From Amoeboradix gromovi X-113 (lineage: Eukaryota > Fungi > Sanchytriomycota), in assembly GCA_018985225.1 (NCBI GenBank), contig JADGIF010000479.1, forward strand, positions 1 to 7,843: DNA of 7,843 nt, written 5' to 3'. A model generated the notes under the pieces. That model had not been told where the DNA came from. It ran no database searches and saw only the letters and a program-made list of their open reading frames with translations. Positions 1 through 7,788 of the stretch are shown here, one piece after another. The stretch's first letter is position 1, and the number at the start of each line of letters is the position of its first letter. Made by a program: the position numbers and the translations under genes.

Positions 1-381
1 TCCATGTCATTCTATAAGAGATTTCTTTATAAGAGCCTGCAAATCCAAAGTGACAGTTGAATTAGTAGATGAATATCATACTTCAAAGAAATGTAGTGTC
101 TGTGAGAATGAAATAGACAAGAGTAATGATGTTAGTATAACATTAAATGAAACGAAGAAAGAGTACCGTCTAAGAAAATGCACCTTTTGCTTACACACTC
201 AAAGACCTTGCATACTTGAAAGAGATGCAGGGTCTTCTAGTTTTATTTTAAAAAGAGGAATACAATCAATGAAAGAAAATTGGTATAATAGAAGAAGATC
301 TTTTATTAATGATAGCATTTCCTCTGTATGGAGCACCTCCTTTAAAAACGAGTTAGTCTAGTTTTTATATTTGGTGTCCCA
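1..381 (+). mobile_element. 3' (right) end of a Fanzor-carrying element, copy 1
   Basis: 196-381 aligns to the reverse complement of 7663-7843 (about 156/186 identical by hand). Homology stops abruptly after GTCTAGTTTTTATATTTGGTGTCCCA (356-381), which defines the element boundary. Confidence 0.8.
2..361 (+). CDS. Fanzor (eukaryotic TnpB-like RNA-guided endonuclease), C-terminal fragment, 5'-truncated by the window edge
   Basis: The frame is open from base 2 (PCHSIRDFFIRACKSKVTVELVDEYHTSKKCSVC...), so the GTG start at 50 in the ORF track is artificial. It shows the TnpB/Fanzor order: RuvC-II 'VDEYHTSKKC', zinc finger CSVC...CTFC, then RuvC-III 'ERD' (Asp codon 224-226). Flanking genes are eukaryotic, hence Fanzor rather than bacterial TnpB. 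Confidence 0.88.
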   Translation, partial: PCHSIRDFFIRACKSKVTVELVDEYHTSKKCSVCENEIDKSNDVSITLNETKKEYRLRKCTFCLHTQRPCILERDAGSSSFILKRGIQSMKENWYNRRRSFINDSISSVWSTSFKNELV

Positions 382-400
382 TGTCAAGTAAACAAAACAT
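254..400 (+). ncRNA. Putative omegaRNA of copy 1 (scaffold about 254-381 overlapping the ORF 3' end; guide from about 381/382)
   Basis: Conserved between copies. Hand-predicted stems: AGAGGAA(254-260)/TTCCTCT(319-325), AATGAAAGA/TCTTTTATT, GGAGCACC(330-337)/GGTGTCC(373-379), TAAAAAC(343-349)/GTTTTTA(361-367). The position matches known TnpB/Fanzor omegaRNAs. The 5' boundary and guide length are guesses. Confidence 0.6.
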
Positions 401-558
401 TGAAAATGATAGTCTTCAAACAGCTAATTTAAGAATAGCTTACATTCATTGGTCAATCGGAAACTACTAGTCACGCTTTTACAGCGTGTTGTCGAGAAAA
501 AACTTTAATTGAGATGGACCGACTTGCCTTGGCACATATTGCCCCAAATCAAAGACTT

Positions 559-1944
559 TTAACCAGGGGTGCAGCTATTTGCATGTGCTGATATGTATCT
601 CATTTTTATAGAATCGGTCTCTTTAATTGTAGTGCAAATGTCTTCCAGTTCTGTGATAACATCTTTGTATACATCTCTCATACCATTTGGCGATAGATTG
701 CTCAAAAACTGTTTGCAAATGCATAAAACATCCTGATAGTCATCATTGTGACAGTTTGCATTACTAAACTGACTGATTCTAGATATTATCCTCTCCTTTT
801 CAGCATGTAGCTCAACAACTTCTTTTTCTAATTTTAATTTTCTCGTCCGGTTGCTTTGGTGTTCGAGTTGGCGCTGATTATTTTGTATGTCTTCTACTAT
901 TTGAAGTAGTTTGGCATCATTTTCATTTGTATTTCTTACAAGATCAACCAACTCGGTTAAGGGAGGAAATTGAGACGAATGACCTGTTTTTATGCGCTCT
1001 ACAAAACTAGTTGCTACTAGCTCTAATAAGTTTGACTCTTCCGCATCGAATACTTCGGGAGGGATAGCTATTGACTTGCTCAACTTGCTTTTTAGTTCCA
1101 AAATTTCCACATCCAATTTTGACTCTTCTTTGGCCGAGAGGTCGATGTATTCATAAGTCTGTTTAAGTCTGTTTCTAGCTGCTTCCAATTTCGCTTTTAT
1201 AGTGTTTGCATCGGACTCTTGCATATGGCGTCTTTTATTTTCCCTGAAATTGTTAGATTTGCGTTTTTTTGGGATTAGAACTTCAATAAATCGCTTTCTC
1301 TTTGGTTTGTTAGCTAAAGAAACATTTTTATGCAGTTGATTTTCATCCGAATTCAAACTGTCAATTGGAAAGTCGGTTTGAGCTAGTTCAGTATCAGATA
1401 ATTCTTGCATAGACTCAACAGCTGAAGTGCCTGTAAATACGTTTACTCTATCTTCATAGGAATCTGATGCTTCCACTGGTCTCTTTCTTTTACATTCCAT
1501 GCAGATGAATTCGAATTCCTTTTCTGTTTGAAACAGATTAATTGGGTGGTAAAATGGCAGTAGCTTTTGTTCCAGTGCACAAGGTATATGATAACTACAT
1601 TTATGGCAATCAGAACAAGTTATTACGAAATGCTGCTCATCGCCATCATTGCAAACACAGCAAGGCCCTATTTTCATTTGAGACCAATACCGGCATCTAC
1701 TATGCATAAATTCACCATTATCTTGGATGATGCCACCGTTGTGGTATTCACAGCATACGCAATCCCTGTCAAACTGATCATCTTTGTATTCACATTCGCC
1801 ACAAATGTATTTTGCAGGCTTATTTTTTAGCATAACACATTCCAGATGGTACCCATTCTTACACTTGTTACAATATACTTGTTGAGAATCTCTGTTAAGC
1901 CTTAGTTCACATGTATAGCAATTCCTGTGGTCGCGTTTGGACAT
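559..1944 (-). CDS. PHD finger / extended-PHD (PZP-like) chromatin-associated protein with C-terminal coiled coil
   Basis: 461-aa ORF. N-terminal C4HC3 PHD (CYTC...CNKC...YHLEC...YICGEC), then a CVCC...HSRC knuckle and a second PHD-like unit (CCVC...CSDC..C.YHIPC...FICMEC), as in BRPF/JADE/AF10/Nto1-type PZP modules. Basic NLS-like runs (KPKRKR, PKKRK) and a heptad-rich C-terminal half. Confidence 0.82.
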   Translation of the reverse strand: MSKRDHRNCYTCELRLNRDSQQVYCNKCKNGYHLECVMLKNKPAKYICGECEYKDDQFDRDCVCCEYHNGGIIQDNGEFMHSRCRYWSQMKIGPCCVCNDGDEQHFVITCSDCHKCSYHIPCALEQKLLPFYHPINLFQTEKEFEFICMECKRKRPVEASDSYEDRVNVFTGTSAVESMQELSDTELAQTDFPIDSLNSDENQLHKNVSLANKPKRKRFIEVLIPKKRKSNNFRENKRRHMQESDANTIKAKLEAARNRLKQTYEYIDLSAKEESKLDVEILELKSKLSKSIAIPPEVFDAEESNLLELVATSFVERIKTGHSSQFPPLTELVDLVRNTNENDAKLLQIVEDIQNNQRQLEHQSNRTRKLKLEKEVVELHAEKERIISRISQFSNANCHNDDYQDVLCICKQFLSNLSPNGMRDVYKDVITELEDICTTIKETDSIKMRYISAHANSCTPG

Positions 1945-2571
1945 GGGGTGTCACAACAATTACTTTAGACAATCTACGAAAACTAGGTGAACGTTTTAAT
2001 AAATTTCTCAAAGAAGTAGAAGATTCACGTAAAGAAGTCTGACACTTTCATCATCACCAGTCTAGCCGAAAAAAATTGTGCATGCTCTTCTTTTATTTTG
2101 AATTTCACTCAAAATTGAGGGAAAAGCATCCATAGAATTTGTTTTAAATTTGTATAATCACACGCAAGCTAATTTTACAAGTTAAAAGAATTATTGGAGA
2201 TTCATTAGTGGTTGCTGCTATGATGCTTTTTATCAATTGTATCTCAGTAAGGTTGAACTACATTCAGTTGTGTGCTGAGCCAAAGTTGGGAGGCTGATTC
2301 AGTGATTTAAGGACACATGGATTTTCTAATCGGGTGTAAAGCACACATTAAATTATCTCAAATCTTTAAGAATTTCTGAACAACTGCAGAAATATATTTG
2401 CAAATGAGATGCTTCTCGCTTCGCCGAGCTTAAAGTTGCGAATCCTGATATTTTACTTTAGCTCCGAATTGCTTAAAGGACTCGGCGCATTTGATTTGTC
2501 GTCTATACAACGCCAGCCTTGATAAAAATGTAGTTCACGATACAATAGTTGTTATAGATTTATTAACATGC

Positions 2572-4725
2572 TCACCAGAGATACAATAAGACTTTATCTA
2601 AATCCTCATCGCTCCAGCCTTTTAGTTTCTTTATGGTTTCTCTCGAGTACCCAGCCAAGAAACTGCCGTGTTTAGTATGATAAACATTGAATCCGTTATC
2701 TACAAGAGTAGGTGGTTCTACAAAGTTGTATGTCCTTCCGCAGAATGATCTCACATCATACCCATTTAAACTAGTTTCTTTAAAATCCACTCTATTTAAT
2801 ATTTTGTAGTTGAACTCCAAGTTGTTGTTGCATTTCCAGTATTCTGTTCCGTGTTCCTTGTCGCTTAGATTAGTCATACAGCAACAGCTTCCAATAAATT
2901 CTTGCCAAGTGTAAAAAGATCCAAGTTCACTTTGTACTATCGCTAGACCGTTCCTACGTGTGTCCATTCTTGTTTTCAATCTTGAGCCTTGAGAAACAAT
3001 CCCTAAAACTCCCAAACTCCCAGCTAACGTCGCTACGAATCCTAATAATGTAAAATAGTTTACCGTCATGTGTAATAACTTCCGATTTAGGATAGCATCC
3101 ATTGTTTTGAGCTTGGGCCTATCCTGTGGATCTATAAAATCAATAAACTGTTTTGGGTTGCCTCCGAACTCCTCTGAGAGGGCTGCAAGTAGTTTCTTGC
3201 TTTTCTTTCTATCTAACATGTATCCTAGAAAAAACATGAAAAAAGGAATCATGGTATTTACAGCAATAATTCCTGGTAGCGATGCATCCGTTATGTTTAC
3301 ATCCGATGCTTTTAATATAACCACCACGCAGTTGATGATATTAACAAACACCACAGAATAATATAGATATTGTGCAGACTTGTCTGAATATGGACTAGAA
3401 TACACAGAAAACACGAAAACTATAGAGTGTGCTAAGAATAAGGATATTGATGTGACTAAGCTGTAGTCTAAAGATGTTAAAAATACAAATATGATGACAA
3501 TTACCAGCCTGTACAGCATCAAGATCAACTTATAATATTTCCAGTTCATCACAAAACTTTGATAGATACTGGCACAACTATTTTTACTTACGTGAGACCT
3601 TATTGCCCAGATATCTTCACCTTGCTTGTTTATTACTCTAATCTGAGTAAGAAACCTAGATGTTGTTTTTACCAGTCTATAAAATAAAACTGGTACTCCA
3701 AAAGTGAATGTTACGAGCATCAAAAGACTACCAGGTAAAAAAAATCTATAAATCTCAGAAGTGCAAGAATATGAAGGGTTCGCAGCTAGCAACAAATCGG
3801 ATTCAGCCAAGCATAATTCCTTTAGTTTGCAATTCTTATCGACTATGCAATCCAGGCAGTTGTACCCAAAATTAGGCTCAGGTGCGATTAAGCCTATGTT
3901 TAGTAATTTGGGAAATCCCCTTTGAATTATTTGGTTGAGTCCGCATTTAAATTCCTTACAGAATAGTATTTCCAGAAGCTTCGTAGTAATAGGAATGTAT
4001 CCAAATCCCAAACCCAATAGAATTATCTTCAATCCGCTTTTGCGAGCAAGCGTGTTAAATTTGGTTGTTTGCAGTCTACCTTTTGGAAATAAATTAAAAA
4101 GGCAATTTACTAAAATAAATGCTGCTATAATATACAATGGATAAAAGTTGTTTGAGTAACCAATTAATATTAATATGATAGCAATAACTAAATTCCTTAT
4201 AATTTTAAATGCTGATTTATTATGAACAAGATCTACTTTATCAATATTCTCAAAGTTATCAATATCTTCAGCGTCTAACTTGTATTTATTCCGCTTTCTG
4301 CACCATTTTATTGTAAGTCCAATTAAAAGCACAAGAAGCATGATTAAAAATACAAATAATGACAGATATCCTGCAATCTTGTAAGGCTGTTGTGGATCTA
4401 CATTGCTGTATACAAAATAACCAAAAATCATTCCTAGCATGCTACACAAAGTTATCAAATACCAGAATACTATTAGAGGTGACTTAAACAGAAACAAAAG
4501 TATAAAAGATATTGCCAGGGGCAACAGGTTTGTGAGAAGGATATAATGAACCCTATATTCCATCAACTGCAATCCATAAAAGGTGGTTAAAAAATCAAAT
4601 CTCATATATTTTGCAAAATTAACGTACCTTGACCAGTTTAATGGCCAATTTACTTTGATACTCATGCTAATTGCAAGAAATTGGCTGTAAATCGAAAGCA
4701 ATTCAAATGTTGCGTTAAATCCCAT
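2572..4725 (-). CDS. Multi-pass integral membrane protein, resembling TRP-C-terminal-domain (FLC/Pkd2-like) transmembrane proteins
   Basis: 717-aa ORF with more than 10 hydrophobic segments. Motifs 'YSQFLAISMSIKVNWP', a Cys-rich loop ending 'PSYSC', 'SIYQSF...YYKLILMLYRLVIV' and 'SPYSDK' recall that family. The ORF is secure; the family call is tentative. Confidence 0.65.
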   Translation of the reverse strand: MGFNATFELLSIYSQFLAISMSIKVNWPLNWSRYVNFAKYMRFDFLTTFYGLQLMEYRVHYILLTNLLPLAISFILLFLFKSPLIVFWYLITLCSMLGMIFGYFVYSNVDPQQPYKIAGYLSLFVFLIMLLVLLIGLTIKWCRKRNKYKLDAEDIDNFENIDKVDLVHNKSAFKIIRNLVIAIILILIGYSNNFYPLYIIAAFILVNCLFNLFPKGRLQTTKFNTLARKSGLKIILLGLGFGYIPITTKLLEILFCKEFKCGLNQIIQRGFPKLLNIGLIAPEPNFGYNCLDCIVDKNCKLKELCLAESDLLLAANPSYSCTSEIYRFFLPGSLLMLVTFTFGVPVLFYRLVKTTSRFLTQIRVINKQGEDIWAIRSHVSKNSCASIYQSFVMNWKYYKLILMLYRLVIVIIFVFLTSLDYSLVTSISLFLAHSIVFVFSVYSSPYSDKSAQYLYYSVVFVNIINCVVVILKASDVNITDASLPGIIAVNTMIPFFMFFLGYMLDRKKSKKLLAALSEEFGGNPKQFIDFIDPQDRPKLKTMDAILNRKLLHMTVNYFTLLGFVATLAGSLGVLGIVSQGSRLKTRMDTRRNGLAIVQSELGSFYTWQEFIGSCCCMTNLSDKEHGTEYWKCNNNLEFNYKILNRVDFKETSLNGYDVRSFCGRTYNFVEPPTLVDNGFNVYHTKHGSFLAGYSRETIKKLKGWSDEDLDKVLLYLW

Positions 4726-5462
4726 TTTGTGGCCGATAATAAACTCGGAGCTTAAATTATGTACGAATTTTTTCCTCTGAAATCCTTAAGGTTTAAGATT
4801 AAATTCTATACAAGAAAGACAGCACATCTAAAAGCCAAGTTTGTGTTTTCGGAGAAATTTCACCTGTATTTGCATATTTATATAACAAAGCTGCAATAAG
4901 GAGACTGAGGGATTCTAGAATTCACCAATTTTTGGGCATAGTGAACCGATATTTCTTCATATAGAGTCCTCAATATAGTCGAGCTCTGCTTCATTTTTAA
5001 CCTCATTTTCTTCAAATTGTGTTTGAGGTCATAGAATATCAGCAGCGTATGCAAGCGAAAACCAAGTGTGGTGAAAATTGGTGCTGCGCAAAAAGAAAGA
5101 CATTCTACTTATTGAATATATGGCCTACCTTTCTATGACCGGTCGCAACGCAGCTATGCTGCTAAATCGAAAGTGTTCAAATAATGTGGTAAAACGTGGT
5201 CATCTGTATCTTCTAGATCATCAACATCAAAGTGTTGCATTTTCATCCAAGCAAAACATGCTGAAATGGTAACTACTGAAACACTCTACACTTAAGAAAG
5301 GTCGCGTTCTTAATCCATGGGAACTTCAAACATAGCTTAGGCGTATTTTTGTTGGTATACTAATTGAACTTTTCAGGTCTGCGGCCTCCTGTTTTATTTT
5401 TGATTGGTTAGACCTTTGATAAATAGAACATATTCCCGTTTTGGAATAAAAAAATTGAATGC
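4726..5462. promoter_or_regulatory. Divergent intergenic region (promoters/5' UTRs of the membrane-protein gene and the CPS small-chain gene)
   Basis: Head-to-head arrangement of the flanking ORFs. No specific site identified with confidence. Confidence 0.45.
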
Positions 5463-6704
5463 ATGGTTATGATCACAGCGATGAAAAGATATGCCTCAAC
5501 TATGTCAGCGACCAAGTTTTTAAAACCTCAACATACTAATTCTATTCTAACTTTGAAGAATGGAAATAGTTTTAATGCCTTGAATTATGGCTACGATTTG
5601 AAAAACTCTATTTTGAGATCTCAGATTGTGTTCACCACCTCTCCAACTGGTTATATTGAAAGTATGACTGATAAGAGCTTTAGTGGCCAAATTTTAGCTT
5701 TTACTCAACCACTGATCGGCAATTACGGTGTACCCAATATGGGTAAGGTAGACGAGCATGGATTGCCCTTAAATGGTGAATCTTTTAGTGCTCATCCGGA
5801 TGCTATTGTTGTTCAAGATTACGCCCTTCGTTATTCTCATTTTGATGCAGTCATGAGTTTAGCTGAATGGTGTAAACAGCAGAGCATTCCTTTGTTGTCT
5901 GGCATTGATGTGCGTCAGCTTGTCTACTACATGAGAAATGGTTCTAACTTGGCTTCAATTAGTGCTACTAGGGCTACTGATTTTAGTAATTCACATTCTG
6001 AGAACCTAGTAGCCAAGGTATCAACTCAAGAACCATACACGGTCAATCCAGACGGACATTACAGAGTCGCTTTAATCGACTTCGGAGCAAAAGCCGGCAT
6101 TTTAAGAGAGTTGGTAAAGAGAGATTGCCAAGTGCTGGTTTTGCCATGGGATACTGATTTATCAAATGTTTTGAAATATAAACAATTTCACGGGATATTT
6201 CTATCAAATGGGCCTGGAAATCCTGCTATATTACAAAAGCCTATAAAGTACTTACGAAATACTTTGGCTTATTTGCAGATTAAGCAACCTACTATGCCAG
6301 TGTTCGGGATTTGCATGGGACATCAAGTACTAGCATCTGCACTCGGATTAACGACATACCCTTTAGCGTATGGAAATAGAGGACACAATCAGCCAGTTCA
6401 GTGTTCTGAGAGCAATTCTTTGATGATTACTAGTCAGAATCATGGGTATGCTGTAGATATGCCGTGTACCCGGATGCGTAGTGATTTTGGAATGGTCCGA
6501 TCAACATTTATTAATTTAAATGATGGTAGCAATGAAGGGCTTCGACATGAAATGTATCCATGGCATTCAGTTCAATTTCATCCAGAAGCGGCTGCAGGAC
6601 CATATGATTCCAAACACTGGTTCGACTACTTTGTAGAACATTTGAAAGAAAATGGAAGACACTTTAATAAGCCTCAAGCAAGACAGACAGAAATGTTCTT
6701 GTAA
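5463..6704 (+). CDS. CPA1: Carbamoyl-phosphate synthase small (glutaminase) chain, arginine-specific fungal type, probable mitochondrial presequence
   Basis: N-domain 'IVFTTSPTGYIESMTDKSFSGQILAFTQPLIGNYGVP'. Class I GATase motifs SNGPGNP, GICMGHQ (catalytic Cys), GNRGHNQPV, TSQNHGYAV and SVQFHPEA (His/Glu). Not fused to a large chain. The N-terminus is basic, Ser/Thr-rich and free of acidic residues. The true start could be a nearby in-frame ATG such as 5481. Confidence 0.96.
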   Translation: MVMITAMKRYASTMSATKFLKPQHTNSILTLKNGNSFNALNYGYDLKNSILRSQIVFTTSPTGYIESMTDKSFSGQILAFTQPLIGNYGVPNMGKVDEHGLPLNGESFSAHPDAIVVQDYALRYSHFDAVMSLAEWCKQQSIPLLSGIDVRQLVYYMRNGSNLASISATRATDFSNSHSENLVAKVSTQEPYTVNPDGHYRVALIDFGAKAGILRELVKRDCQVLVLPWDTDLSNVLKYKQFHGIFLSNGPGNPAILQKPIKYLRNTLAYLQIKQPTMPVFGICMGHQVLASALGLTTYPLAYGNRGHNQPVQCSESNSLMITSQNHGYAVDMPCTRMRSDFGMVRSTFINLNDGSNEGLRHEMYPWHSVQFHPEAAAGPYDSKHWFDYFVEHLKENGRHFNKPQARQTEMFL

Positions 6705-6713
6705 TTGAAGTCT

Positions 6714-6719
6714 AATAAA
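6714..6719 (+). terminator. Possible polyadenylation signal of CPA1
   Basis: AATAAA 10 nt after the stop codon, but in AT-rich sequence where chance matches are common. Confidence 0.25.
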
Positions 6720-7643
6720 ATATTTAAAAAATAGTTACTATTCTACTACGCATGTCATTTACGGATATCAACAACATTTCTTCATCCAAAGTCCTGGTTT
6801 GCTATAAACCTGGGACTTCCACCGATAAACAAGCAATGATAGTAAACTCCGCTACATTCACTACTGATGCTTCGAGTACCTTGTCCCGATATTGAATGAG
6901 GGATACATGACTTCAAGTAATTGTTATTTGGTTCCGGATGATTTTCATCTTGTAAAATAACCACATCCAAAGTCTTCAATAATTGGGGAGCCTAACAAGT
7001 CCTATGAAATAGTGCTAACACATCCTTCAATAACCTATTTTTACTGGAAATTCCGAATATAACATAATTTATTTTGCGGAAGAAGTGAAAATATAGAGAT
7101 TTTTAATTCTCTTGTAAATTGCATAGAAATCTTTTTACTGGCATCAAATGACATCTGATAGGTTCTATGGAAGAGTAAATTCCATATGTACTGGTTATTC
7201 CTATAGGTTTCACGCGTTCCGGATTGGATGACTTCAGGCCATTTGACCATAAGTGATAAGGACAAATGTCGAGTTTTTACGCAGTTTGGAAATTTTAGTA
7301 AGTAATTTAATCGCGATGGTTCATTTCTTTAGTTAAACTCTATGGCTGTCAATTTTAACAAAATTACGAAATGTTCTTGGTGAAGCAATGGTAAAACATC
7401 CTTCCTTTTTACTATTAGGTTTAATAACTTGTCTGTGGGTTCAGTTCTTGCATGGAATTGGTATAACTTCACTTGTAATTCAATTGCTCACCTGACGAGA
7501 GTACAGTGCTTGAGCAAGGCAAATTATTGAACTAGCATTTAAATCTCTATACGGTTGGTTTCCAGGAAAAGCTCTTAATGAAAGCAAAGAGATATATGAC
7601 CAAGTCGAATTTTTTTATTAAATTATTTAGAAAAATGTTCAAG

Positions 7644-7788
7644 CTCACAGAGCTTGTCCATGTGGGACACCAAATATAAAAACTAGACCATCGTTCTTAA
7701 AGTGGTTGCTCTATAAGGAGGAAATGCTATCATTAATAAAAGATCTTCTATTATACCAGTTTTCTTTCATTAATGCCATTCCTCTCTT
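7644..7788 (-). ncRNA. Putative omegaRNA of copy 2 (scaffold about 7788-7663; guide from about 7663/7662 downward)
   Basis: 13-bp stem CATTAATGAAAGA (7775-7763) / TCTTTTATTAATG (7743-7731) with one G-U pair, enclosed by GAGGAA/TTCCTC. A second stem TAAGAAC/GTTTTTA precedes the conserved end. Confidence 0.55.

Larger units (their letters stand above)
356..7688. repeat. Inverted repeat pair: perfect 26-bp arms at 356-381 and 7663-7688, within about 185-bp imperfect arms
   Basis: GTCTAGTTTTTATATTTGGTGTCCCA versus TGGGACACCAAATATAAAAACTAGAC, read directly from the sequence. Confidence 0.95.

Noticed and set aside
1567-1830. 87-aa + strand ORF
   Set aside because: Antisense shadow of the PHD gene, with no recognisable motif.
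3068-3361. 97-aa + strand ORF
   Set aside because: Lies entirely antisense within the membrane-protein CDS.
3935-4144. 69-aa + strand ORF
   Set aside because: Antisense shadow of the membrane-protein CDS.
4927-4935. Sm-site-like AATTTTTGG
   Set aside because: No other snRNA hallmark nearby, and it is expected by chance in AT-rich DNA.
5078-5272. 64-aa ORF as a stand-alone gene or true arginine attenuator peptide
   Set aside because: Non-ATG start as called, too long for the attenuator, and lacks its essential Asp and Trp.
6789-6818. Imperfect hairpin AAGTCCTGGTTT-GCTAT-AAACCTGGGACTT downstream of CPA1
   Set aside because: Isolated and imperfect, with no supporting context; bacterial-type terminators are not expected here.
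6782-7265. Two short - strand ORFs (65 and 74 aa) as a split gene or transposase remnant
   Set aside because: Both have TTG starts and no recognisable motif, and I found no convincing way to join them.
382-7662. Targets of the two predicted guides inside the window
   Set aside because: A visual scan of both strands found no extended match to TGTCAAGTAAACAAAAC or CATGGACAAGCTCTG other than the guide loci themselves. A computational genome-wide search is still needed.
356-7688. 26-bp inverted repeats as the terminal inverted repeats of one transposon spanning the three genes
   Set aside because: Homology extends outward into Fanzor coding sequence on both sides, so these are the inward-facing 3' ends of two separate copies.
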